Origin: Macrostomum lignano
Taxonomy: Eukaryota
Assembly: GCA_002269645.1 (NCBI GenBank)
Contig: NIVC01002126.1
Location: 1 to 64,000 of the forward strand
Length of the DNA stretch: 64,000 bases
Reading direction: 5' to 3'
The notes under the pieces are model-generated. The model was given only the letters and a program-made list of their open reading frames with translations. It made no database searches and was not told where the DNA came from. Below are positions 10,840-21,565 of this stretch, in pieces. How positions within the stretch are numbered: position 1 is the first letter of the stretch; each line of letters starts with the position of its first letter. Position numbers and translations under genes: made by a program.

Positions 10840-13395
10840 GGTCAGATCTGGCAGCTGAATAAAGGGAATCAAATCTGAGATCTGAATAAGGGGGTCAAAT
10901 CTGGAAGCTGAAATAGGGGGGGGTCAGCTCTGGGAGCTGAAATAAGGGGTCAGATCTGGGAGCTCAATAGGGGGCAAATCTGGGAGCTGAATAAGGAGTG
11001 GCAAATCCGGGAGCTCAAATGGGGAGCAGATCTGGGAGCTCAAATAGGGATGGGGTCATATCTGGGAGCTGAAATAGGGATGGGGTCATATCTGGGAGCT
11101 GAAATAGGGGGGGGTCAGATCTGGCCATCTGGGAGCTGAATCGGGGGGGGGGTTAGATCCGGGAGATGAAGGGGGGTCAGATCTAGGAGATTAAGATGGG
11201 GTCAGATCTGGGAGCTGAATAAGGGGGGTCAAATCTGGGAGCTGAATAAGGGGGGCTCAGATCTGGGAGCTGAAATAGGGGGTCAGATCTGGGAGCTGAA
11301 ATAGGGGGGGTCAGATCTGGGAGCTGAAATAGGGGGGTCAGATCTGGGAGCTGAAATAGGGGGGGGGGTCAGATCTGGCCATCTGGGAGCTGAGTCGGGG
11401 GGGGCGGGGGTTAAATCTGGGAGCTTAATCGGGGGGGGGTCAGATCTGGGAGCTGAGTCGGGGGGGGGGTGGCGGGGGTTAGATCTGGGAGCTTAATCGG
11501 GGCGGGGGTTAGATCTGGGAGCTTAATCGGGGGCGGGGGTCAGATCTGGGAGCTGAGTCGGGGGGGGGGGGGCGGGGGTTGGATCTGGGAGCTTAATCGG
11601 GGGGCGGGGTTAGATCTGGGAGCTTAATCGGGGGGGGGGGGCGGGGTTAGATCTGGGAGCTTAATCGGGGGGGCGGGGGTTAGATCTGGGAGCTTAATCG
11701 GGGGGGCGGGGGTTAGATCTGGGAGCTTAATCGGGGGGCGGGGGTTAGATCTGGGAGCTTAATCGGGGGGGGGGCGGGGGTTAGATCTGGGAGCTTAATC
11801 GGGGGGGCGGGGGTTAGATCTGGGAGCTTAATCGGGGGGTCAGATCTGGGAGCTGAAAAAGGGGGCTCAAATCTGGGAGCTAAATAAGGGGGGTCAGATC
11901 TAGGAACTGAAATAGGGGGTCAGATTTGGGAGCTGAAATAGGGGGGGGGTCAGAGCTGGCCATCTGGGAGATGAATCGGGGGGGTCAAATCTGGGAGCTG
12001 AATAAGGGGGGTCAGATCTAGGAACTGAAATAGGGGGGTCAGATTCGGGAGCTGAAATAGGGGGGGTCAGAGCTGGCCATCTGGGAGATGAATCGGGGGG
12101 GGGGTCAAATCTGGGAGCTGAATAAGGGGCAAATCTGGGAGCTGAATAAGGGGCAAATCTGGGAGCTGAATAAGGGGGGGTCAGATCTGGCCATCTGGGG
12201 GGTGTTTCTCGAAACTCACGTAAGTTCTATGGTAAGTTAGATCGTAAGAAAGAAATTTACGTGTAGCGTAAGTTTGCTCGTAAGACGCTTTCTCAAAACT
12301 CACTTAGACTTTGCGTGGCTTACGCTGTTCGTAAGTCGTATCTGAAACGAAAAGTTGCATGTCTATGGTCATAAATCTGCAAATATCTTTACTTAGTCTA
12401 TCGTAAGTTGCTTTCGAGAAAGACCCACCTTCGATAAAGTTTAACTTGACTTGGCTTGACTAAAGCTTCACGTACTATGCGATTCGTGCTTAAGTGCGTC
12501 TTACGACTGATACCGAGCAGTCGTAGGGTTAAGATCAACCTTACGAAAGACAATAGACATACGAACGTTTCGAGAAACAGTCTTTTGCGCAAAGTTACGA
12601 ACTCGTAAAGTTGCGATCAATGGATAAATAATCAGCGGTCCCAGTGCGTGACAACGATTGTCTGGCGAGCGCCGGTAGGCGCGAGCCATAGACAAATCGT
12701 TGTCACGTGCTGCGACCGCTGATTCTTTGCATTGTTTTTCTGTTTGACGATCCTACAGACAATGCATTGTTTGTAGTAATGGATTGTTCTGCATTAAAAA
12801 TGTGAATAATGATCGTCAAATTGCTAAACAATCTTACGCGTAGCTAACTTGCGAGCCCTTCGAGCAACCCGTAAGTGTAGCTTACCCAACTTACGTCTAT
12901 GGTCGATCGTAAGTTGCTTTCGAGAAAGACCCCCCTGGGAGCTGAATCGGGGGGGGGGGTTAGATCTGGGAGATGAATCAGTGAGGGTCAGATCTGGGAG
13001 CTGAAAAGGGGGGGTCAAATCTGGGAGCTGAAATGGGGGGTCAAATCTGGGAGCTGAAAAAGGGGGGTCAAATCTGGGAGATGAAAAGGGGGGAGGGGTC
13101 AAATATGGGAGCTGAAATAAGGGGGGGGGGTCAGATCTGGCCATCTGGGAGCTGAATCGGGGGGGGGTTAGATCTGGGAGATGAATCGGTGGGGGGTCAG
13201 CCGGTCAGTTGTGGGACCGGAATCGGGGGGGGGGTCAGATCTGGGAGCTGAATAAGGGGGGGTCAAATCTGGGAGCTGAATAAGGGGGGGGTCAGATCTG
13301 GGAGCTGAAATAGGGGGGTCAGATCTGGGAGCTGAAATAGGGGGGTCAGATCTGGGAGCTGAAATAGGGGGGGGGGGTCATATCTAGGAGCTTAA
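10840..13395. repeat. G-rich ~25-30-bp satellite (CAGATCTGGGAGCTGAAATAGGGGGGT) interrupted by a MITE
   Basis: Tandem units with variable G-tracts on both sides of the 12198-12934 insertion. Confidence 0.9.
12198..12934. mobile_element. PIF/Harbinger-like non-autonomous DNA transposon (MITE)
   Basis: 17-bp TIRs GGGGGTGTTTCTCGAAA / TTTCGAGAAAGACCCCC (16/17 match). 3-bp TSD CTG at 12195-12197 and 12935-12937; removing the element restores the satellite unit CCATCTGGGAGCTG. No coding capacity. Confidence 0.8.
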
Positions 13396-14364
13396 TAAAA
13401 ATTTAAGGGTAAGCTTTTGAGACTGAGCTTTAGCTACAAAACTACAGTGCAGTTGTGGAGGCTTTGGTGCGGAGTCGAGTCAGGACTCACAGTTGCCTCA
13501 CGGCGAATCTGACATACGGTAAGATTATTTAGCTGAGCTCAATCGAACAATAGAAATATAGATTTTTTGCAGGCAGTTCTGCTCTCCTTGTGCAACAGCT
13601 TGGCGTAAACGAAGCGAACCGTAAAAATGCTAGACTTTGAATGCTTCATTGAGCCATATGACGTGCTACTCCGCTACAAAACGTAGCCAACCCTTCTGGT
13701 TTTCAATTTGAGTCGGGGGAAGGGTAAGCTATTCGAGGTTCCTCCACACTGGACTAAACGCTTTTAAGCTTGCAAATTGCTTTCTACAAAGTCTTCAGAC
13801 GTCAGTCTGCAAGTATTCTCGCCAATTGTTCTTGGTGAGTTCTCGCAACAGTTCTCATAGCGAGTCGTATAAAGGACGCGGCCACCAGAAAACTAAACTC
13901 CCTCCCTACCATGGAGAAGGGCGACGAGCTACAGCAAGGCGGAGACATGAGCTACCAAGTGAGCCCATTGAGTTTAATATATCGCAGTTTACTGTATTTG
14001 TCTCATTGCTCAAATAGATAGGTGTAACTTTCGTTGGAGCTTCATACATTTTTTGTAGAAAAAAATCGAATTTTAGCTACGAAAAAAGCTCTGCGGTTAG
14101 AGCGTCCTCTGCATGACTTTCCATTCCCAATTCGTCAAGGCCAAAGCACAGAGAGAGTACCAAGGACTACTAGACTAGAAAGACGCAACACCTGAAATTC
14201 GTGGAAGTGTTCCTAGTGGTCCTTGGAGTGTACAATTAGAGTGTAGGATTAGACTAAGGCCCCACCCACAATCACATTAAATGTCCCTCCAAAGTCAAAG
14301 ACTGTATGGATTCACTATAGTAAGGCCTTAGTAAGGGCGTAAAATGTGGCATTAGCTGTCTGAC

Positions 14365-14847
14365 ATGACTCTTCCTCACCCTCCAACCTGCCAGCAGCCA
14401 TCTTACGCTTATTCCAATCCGGTACTGACTCAGCCTCAGCCGCAGCAGATGCAGATGAACAGTCAAGTGAACATCACAATGAGCACAACGGACCAATCGA
14501 AAAAGTTTGATCATCCTCGCGATTGGACGTCCGGTCTCTGCGGCTGCTGCGAGGACTTCTCTTCCTGCTGCTGCATCTGGCTGTGCGGGCCCTGCTACCT
14601 GTGCTGTTGTCTGTCCGAACGAATGGGCGAGAGCTGCTGCACCCCAGTCTGCCTGTCCTGCGCCCATCCGGGCATGTTCCTGCCTGTGCTGCTCTATCGG
14701 ACAAAACTCCGCTCCAAGTACAACATCAGAGGTAGCGCTATTGACGACTGCTGCTGCGCGATGTGCTGCTCGGCCTGCACCGCCTGCCAGATTAAACGGG
14801 AGCTCGATTACATTGAGCGATCCACTGGTCTGGCCGCGTTTGCTTAG
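14365..14847 (+). CDS. PLAC8/cornifelin-family cysteine-rich protein, intronless, 160 aa
   Basis: Hallmark DWTSGLCGCCED...CGPC...SERMGESCC...RTKLRSKYNIRGSAIDDCCCAMCCSACTACQIKRELD. Confidence 0.92.
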   Translation: MTLPHPPTCQQPSYAYSNPVLTQPQPQQMQMNSQVNITMSTTDQSKKFDHPRDWTSGLCGCCEDFSSCCCIWLCGPCYLCCCLSERMGESCCTPVCLSCAHPGMFLPVLLYRTKLRSKYNIRGSAIDDCCCAMCCSACTACQIKRELDYIERSTGLAAFA

Positions 14848-15983
14848 AATAATGAGCAAGATTAAAACAAAAATAATGTCAATTTACCGTCGCAAAACAA
14901 AACGTAATGTTACCTTATCATCAAAGCGTTTGCATGGCATCTAACTTGTGTGAAAGTCAACGCAACACGTTAAAACAACTCAACTTTTTTCTCCAAAACA
15001 AATGCCCAGACTTCAAATATGAGCGTAAATTCCATAGATTTAGATTTATTGTGATCATATCATAATCGTGGTGTCAGTATGTCCTTTACATAATATAGTG
15101 GTCCGTGGTGCGTCGCGTAGCTACAAGTACATTGATTTTAACAACCTGATAAACAAAAAATAGTTACGTGTACATATTGAAGCAGTAGGTTTCCTCTCGA
15201 AAATTATTTGTTTCATTATTTATTAAGTTCGAGTTAATAATCAGCTTATTGAAGATAATTATTGAAGATAAACCTACCTGGAATATGACTCCCCCTACTC
15301 GTAAATGCTCATCAAGCTCAAGTTACTGCAAGCAACTCGCATGACTGGGTGATAAATGGCTGTATTTTCCATGATATTTTTATGACACTAAAACGATTAA
15401 AGAATTAAAAAATAAACTTTCAATATTCTTGTACACTGTCGGTAGACTGAAACGCGTTTATTAAAAATGTCTTCGTGTACTTTTTTGAGAACAATAACGG
15501 AAATTACGATCTGAATAAATAAGTTAGAAAACGCCTCTTGTAGCTTAATAAAAATAGCTCATACAAAAAAGCAACGACCAAAAGTGAAGTAAAAATTAAT
15601 CGCAGATGATAAAAAATCAATTAATTTGCAATTGGATTTTTCATATAGCTTACAAATTTCGCCTATCACAGTCTGATAGCAGAGTCCGTCAGTAAATCGA
15701 TTAAGTCAACTCCATCGCCTCTTTAATTTATCTATCGGTAATTATCTCATCTCTGCTTCATAAGACCAAAACTTTAACAACACTGAACTCTCCAACGTAG
15801 CCCTAAGCTATACACACCAATTCTGGCCTTGTTGAGTTCTTCATGATCTATCTAAAAACCGATACTCCTTAGTCTCTATTTGCGACACCAACCTTTACTC
15901 TTTCCATTGTCTCCCTGTCATTAAGTTTAATCATACGTGAGTCTTTATTGAATTTTGATTTTTCTGAGTGTCTTTATTAATCC

Positions 15984-16655
15984 TCACAGTCTGTAGGTTG
16001 GTGGCGGTGGTACATGTAGCTGCTCTCCGCGGTTGTCGCTTGCTCCAGCTTCCTGATACGGCGGCGGCTGGGGCGCTTCATCAGCAGCTGCCGCATCGGT
16101 AGCTTTGCCGCTCCTCTGCTGCTGTCTTCTACTAGGAGAAGAAGACATTGACAAAGCTGGCGGCGCAGACGGAGCAGCTAAGTACTGTTGGCTGGCATCA
16201 ACAGACGAGGGTGCAGAGACGGAGCCATAGTACCGATGCTGGTACTGCTGATGCTGCTTGCCGGACTCGCAGCAAACGTACGGAATTCTACGCCTCGATC
16301 GTCGATCTCGACAGGGTGCACAGCAGCAGCAGCAGCAGCAGGTGCAGCACACCAGCAAGATGAAAGCAATGCCGCAAGCCATGAGCACCACAGCCCAGGT
16401 CTCGTGCAAGTAGTGACTGGCCGTACATTGGTAAGAATTCCTCACGGCTGTATCGTAACTGTACCGACACGAGCTGCAGCAGTACTGACCTTCCAGCGGC
16501 TCTTCGAAATCTTGCAGGCAGCAGTACTGCGGACACTTCAGCCGCCAAGGCCCGTAGCCTGGACATTGCTGCTGTTGGGCGGTCACGTGACCAACTGATG
16601 ATGCTAAAAACAGTATCGAAAGCAGCAACAAGCTCAACTGCAACTTTGACGTCAT
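15984..16655 (-). CDS. Shisa-like/VOPP1/CYYR1-type single-pass membrane protein with PY motifs, intronless, 223 aa
   Basis: Hydrophobic signal peptide; short Cys-rich ectodomain (CPGYG...CPQYCC...YCC); TM helix WAVVLMACGIAFILLV followed by a poly-Cys stretch; cytoplasmic PPPY and PPTY. Confidence 0.75.
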   Translation of the reverse strand: MTSKLQLSLLLLSILFLASSVGHVTAQQQQCPGYGPWRLKCPQYCCLQDFEEPLEGQYCCSSCRYSYDTAVRNSYQCTASHYLHETWAVVLMACGIAFILLVCCTCCCCCCCAPCRDRRSRRRIPYVCCESGKQHQQYQHRYYGSVSAPSSVDASQQYLAAPSAPPALSMSSSPSRRQQQRSGKATDAAAADEAPQPPPYQEAGASDNRGEQLHVPPPPTYRL

Positions 16656-17267
16656 ATCGTTGTTTCTGTTCCTTAACGATATTTTCCTTGTGTCTTCTGG
16701 CTGTTTTTTTCTAAAACCAGCAAGTGGAGCTCGGGTATTTAGGCTTCAGATAAGAGACTTTCGCAGCAAAGAAATTTTAGACAGATAAGAAAATTACAAG
16801 CCACACTGCAGGGGTTGGGGTTGCCAGCTGCAGTAACAATCTGGAAAGGCAGAAGATATAATTGCAGTATTAAGTTTCGCACACAAAATTTGGGGTGTTT
16901 CTCCGATGTCAATATTACCCAACCATGGAATTATGCTGGATTTGTTCAGCCAAAAGGCTTTCAGCCTAAAGTAATACATTAAAGTTCTATGAGTACGAGT
17001 AGTTTCTCTGCTTTTTAATGTCACTAATTCCGTGTGTACGTATTCTCTGTAGTGTGTATGCTTAAGTGTTATACACCCTCATATGTACACCCTTGAATAT
17101 GTACACCTGCCAGTGTACATATGCATGCACACCCTTAGCCCTCTATACAACAAAGGACCCCGAAAAGTTACCGTTGTATCAGCGGTAACTTTTAGTGGTC
17201 TTTGTCTACATCCTTGACTTCGTTACAAACCCTAGCCTCTGTAGAAACTAGCTTTTGTACACAATTT

Positions 17268-17630
17268 AGCCCTCTGTACACATAGCCCTCTGTACACCTA
17301 GCCCTCTGTACACATAGCCCTCTGTACACCTAGCCCTCTGCACACCTAGCCCTCTGTACACCTAGCCCTCTGTACACATAGCCCTCTGTACACCTAGCCC
17401 TCTGCACACCTAGCCCTCTGTACACCTAGCCCTCTGTACACCTAGCCCTCTGTACACCTAGCCCTCTGTACACCTAGCCCTCTGTACACCTAGCCCTCTG
17501 TACACCTAGCCCTTTGTACACCTAGCCCTCTGTACACCTAGCCCTTTGTACACCTAGCCCTCTGTACACCTAGCCCTCTGTACACCTAGCCCCCTGTACA
17601 CCTAGCCCTCTGTACACCTAGCCCTCTGTA
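17268..17630. repeat. 16-bp minisatellite GCCCTCTGTACACCTA (array 1)
   Basis: About 22 tandem copies; same unit as 28618-29360. Confidence 0.92.
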
Positions 17631-17975
17631 ACCAACGCGGTCGCAACCAGTTTTAATTCACTTTGTCCGCTGGTCTGTCTCGTTCATAAATTTAGAGCCA
17701 AACGATCATGCTTCTAGCTAAATTAGGTATATTAACTGGCTCTCTTATTTCTTCAAGAGTGGAAGCGTAGAACAAGCCTTCACTTCTTTCTCGTGCTACG
17801 TGGAGCCGCAACATATGGAGCATGCAGCATAAAGGCTACAACTTTACTTAGCACCCCCGTGTATATTTGTAGAAGCACAAAATCTTCTTCGATATCAAGC
17901 CTAATAAAATAAGAGTTTATTAACAGTCACACTACAAATAGCACTAAGACTATCAAGTGTCTGGCTGCATTAAAA

Positions 17976-19942
17976 ATGAGAATCACCAATGTCAATATCT
18001 ACCGGGCTGATCTGCCACTGCTAGACGAAAGCTACAACTTGTCCGATGGGAAATCCGTTCGAGTACTCGACGCCACTGTAGTCGAATTGGTCACCGATTC
18101 CGGTATTCGAGGCTACGGCGAGTGCTGCCCGTTGGGACCGAACTACCTGCCGAGCTATGCTAACGGGCTAAGGACCGGATTAGCGGAACTGCGACCGAAT
18201 TTGATTGGCTTGGACCCCTTGGACATTGAAGTGGTCAACAGGCAGATGGACTACAACTTGAAGGTGATGACGTGCACTTTAACCTTTTTCCTATCCTAGG
18301 GAACATTCCAATCCACTGTCTTATGTACATTCCAATCCACTGTCTTATGTACGTTCCAATCCACTGTCTTATGTACATTCCGATCCCCTGTCTATGGAAT
18401 TCCAATCCACTCTCTATGGACATTCCAATCCACTGTATATGAACATTCTAATCCCTTGTTTATGGACATTCCAATCCCCTGTCTTATGTACATTCCAATC
18501 CCCTGTCTATGGACATTCCAATCCCTTGCCTATGGACATCCTAATCCACTGTCTATGAACATTTCTGTCGCCTAGCTGTCTATTGGCCAAATCAACTTTG
18601 ATTCAGAGCACCCGCCTAGTTATGTAAAGTACATTTCAAATCACAGGGCCATCCCTACGTAAAATCGCCGGTCGACATGGCGCTGTGGGACATCTTGGGA
18701 AAGTTCACCGGACTGCCAGTGTGCACCCTGCTCGGGCGGTCGATTCGGAGACTACGTGCCGCTGTATCGGCCAATCAGTCAGGGCAGCCCGGAGGAGATG
18801 GTGGAGAGAGTGCGGCACTATCGCGCCACCAGAGGCTACCGGCGCTTCCAACTGAAGGTTGGCGGCAGTGACGAGATGCTGGACGCTGCTCGGATTCGCG
18901 CGGTTCGATCCGCACTTACGGATGGCGAACTACTGGTGGCGGATGCCAACACGGGTACAAGAGTTCGATTGCAATTCAGGATGTTGGTGCAGGCAATAAA
19001 ACCCTGGGGACTGGGGAAGTGTCACTAATTCAGGGTGCTGGGACAGGCAAAAAAATAGGGAAGGGTCACTAATTGGGGTCTGGGTGCAGGAAATAAAACC
19101 CTGGGACTGGGGAAGTGTCACAAATTCAGGGTGTTGGTGCAGGCAATAAATCCCTGCGGAAGGGTCACTAATTGCGAGAGTCAATTCAGGCAATAAAACC
19201 CCGAGGAAGGGCCGCTAGTTGGGGTGTTGGTGCAGGCCATAAAACCCTGCGTAAGGGTCACTAATTGCGAGAGTCAATTCAGGCAATAAAACCCCGAGGA
19301 AGGGCCGCTAGTTGGGGTGTTGGTGTAGGCGATAAAACCCTGGGGGAAGTGTCACTACCGTATTTAGGACTGTTCTGCAGGCATTAAAGTCTTCAAGTGA
19401 AAGTAATTAAACTTTTCTAATAAAAATCTTACCTAGGATGGCTCCCGCACCAAGCGGTTCGAGTGTGCCAGTCTGTCTCCGACCAGGATGTGTACATCGA
19501 ACAGCCCTGCGCCACTATGGATCAGTGCCGACAGGTGCGCGAGGCGAGCGCCTGCGGCCTGCCGTTTATCTTAGACGAGAGCATCGACTCGCTGGATAGC
19601 TTGCTGTCAATGCGCGGAGCGGCAGACTGCATCAATATCAAAATTAGCAAAGTTGGCGGCCTCACAAAAGCCAGGCAGATGAGAGACCTGGCTGTTCACC
19701 TGGGCCTAGCCATGGTGCTGGAGGACTGCTGGGGCAGCGACTTCGCCACGGCAGCCATTGCTCATTTGGCGCACAGCACGCCAGAGAAGCACAGGCTGAT
19801 GAGCGCTGACTTCAATACCTACCATCCGGTGAGAACGGGTCATCTGGCCAAGCCGCTAACCAATGACAGGGGCGGCATGGTGGCGCCGGAGGGACCGGGC
19901 CTTGGTGTGGAGCCGAACTTTGCCGCTCTGATGAAAGTCTGA
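17976..19942 (+). CDS. Mandelate racemase/muconate lactonizing enzyme family protein, cis-3-hydroxy-L-proline dehydratase / hydroxyproline-betaine epimerase-like; 3 exons with one +1 frameshift in exon 2
   Basis: Exons 17976-18263, 18647-18954, 19437-19942 with GT-AG introns; 366 aa after removing one G at 18734-18736. Motifs GYGECCPLGPNYLPSY, GHPYVKSPVDMALWDILGK, FQLKVGG, metal ligands in DANTG / EQP / DES, INIKISKVGGL, EDCWG, DFNTY and GPGLGV. Matches, from recall, bacterial cis-3-hydroxy-L-proline dehydratases. Confidence 0.85.
18300..18560. repeat. ~22-24-bp minisatellite (ACATTCCAATCCACTGTCTTATGT) in dehydratase intron 1
   Basis: About 11 imperfect tandem units. Confidence 0.8.
18985..19355. 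repeat. Imperfect tandem repeat (GGTGCAGGCAATAAAACCCTG...GTCACTAAT) in dehydratase intron 2
   Basis: Repeated blocks, including an ~80-bp near-exact duplication. Confidence 0.7.
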
Positions 19943-20199
19943 ACTGCTGCTGATGAAAGCTGACGTGAAGTAGGCTTCAGTCAAATTGTAAAATCTGTTG
20001 TTAAAAATTAAAAAAATACAGAGCTATAGAGATCGACATTGTTTTTGTTTAACCTATAGGGTGCAGAATGAATCAACCGATGAATCAACCAGTCAATCCT
20101 CAACGATCAATAATTATGCTAATAAAACAAATTAACACACCAATTATTTTGTTAAATAGTCACTCGACCAATAAAATTTATCAAGCAATCATTCATCAA

Positions 20200-20800
<601 letters not shown>

Positions 20801-21565
20801 CAAACAGCTGATCAGTGGATAAATCAAGTTGATATTCCGATACATCAATCAATGAATCAATCAATGGTCAATGCAGTGAGCCTCAGACCTTCTTTGTCTC
20901 TATAGATTTGGTCAAATTGCGCTAATTGCTGATTGAATCTGGAGACTCGTCGACTCGAAAAGTCATATAAATTGTATGAAAAAGATTTTTGAACTTTGGA
21001 ACTGGTAAAATTTCCACCTGCTGATCAGCAAGTCTCGCGTCTTCGACAATCAAACAAACTGCAGATCGTCGGAAACCTCACTTTGCAGCACCCAGCTTCA
21101 CGGCGCCCCTCATCACTAGCAGTCCATGATGAGATTTTAAGATTGAGCATACTCGTAGTTAGTTACTACAGTGCAGTTGTGGAGGCTTTGGTGTGGAGTA
21201 CAGTCAGTACTCATAATTACATTACGGCGAACGTTCCATAGTAAGATTATTTACATTCTCAATTGAACAATACAAATATCGATTTGTTGCAGGTAGTTCT
21301 GCTCCTCTTGCGACAGCTTGGCGTAAAGAAACGGAACGTAAAATTGCTAGACTTTGATGCTTCAGTGAGTCATTTAACGTTCTGTAAGATGGTTTGCTTA
21401 GTTGATTGCGTGTGCGCACGTTCACTAGCTCTTATGTACATTTGCTCGCTGTACAATGATAATATATAAGTGAATGCCTTGGCGCCCTGGGCAGCCAAGA
21501 GTCGGTCTACGCCTTAAGCCAATTTCTCGTTTTCGCTTGTTCTTACATTGGTGGCAGCGGCGGCT

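Noticed and set aside
14272-16598. Antisense and alternate-frame ORFs over PLAC8 and the Shisa-like gene
   Set aside because: Shadow frames; the recognised family motifs lie in the annotated frames.
17976-19942. Bacterial contamination or chimeric assembly as the source of the dehydratase
   Set aside because: It has two GT-AG introns in consistent phase that contain host-type minisatellites, and its flanks are host-like; a bacterial contig would be intronless.
21548-21565. Gag starting at the TTG at 21548
   Set aside because: That codon overlaps the PBS; ATG 21566 is the plausible start.
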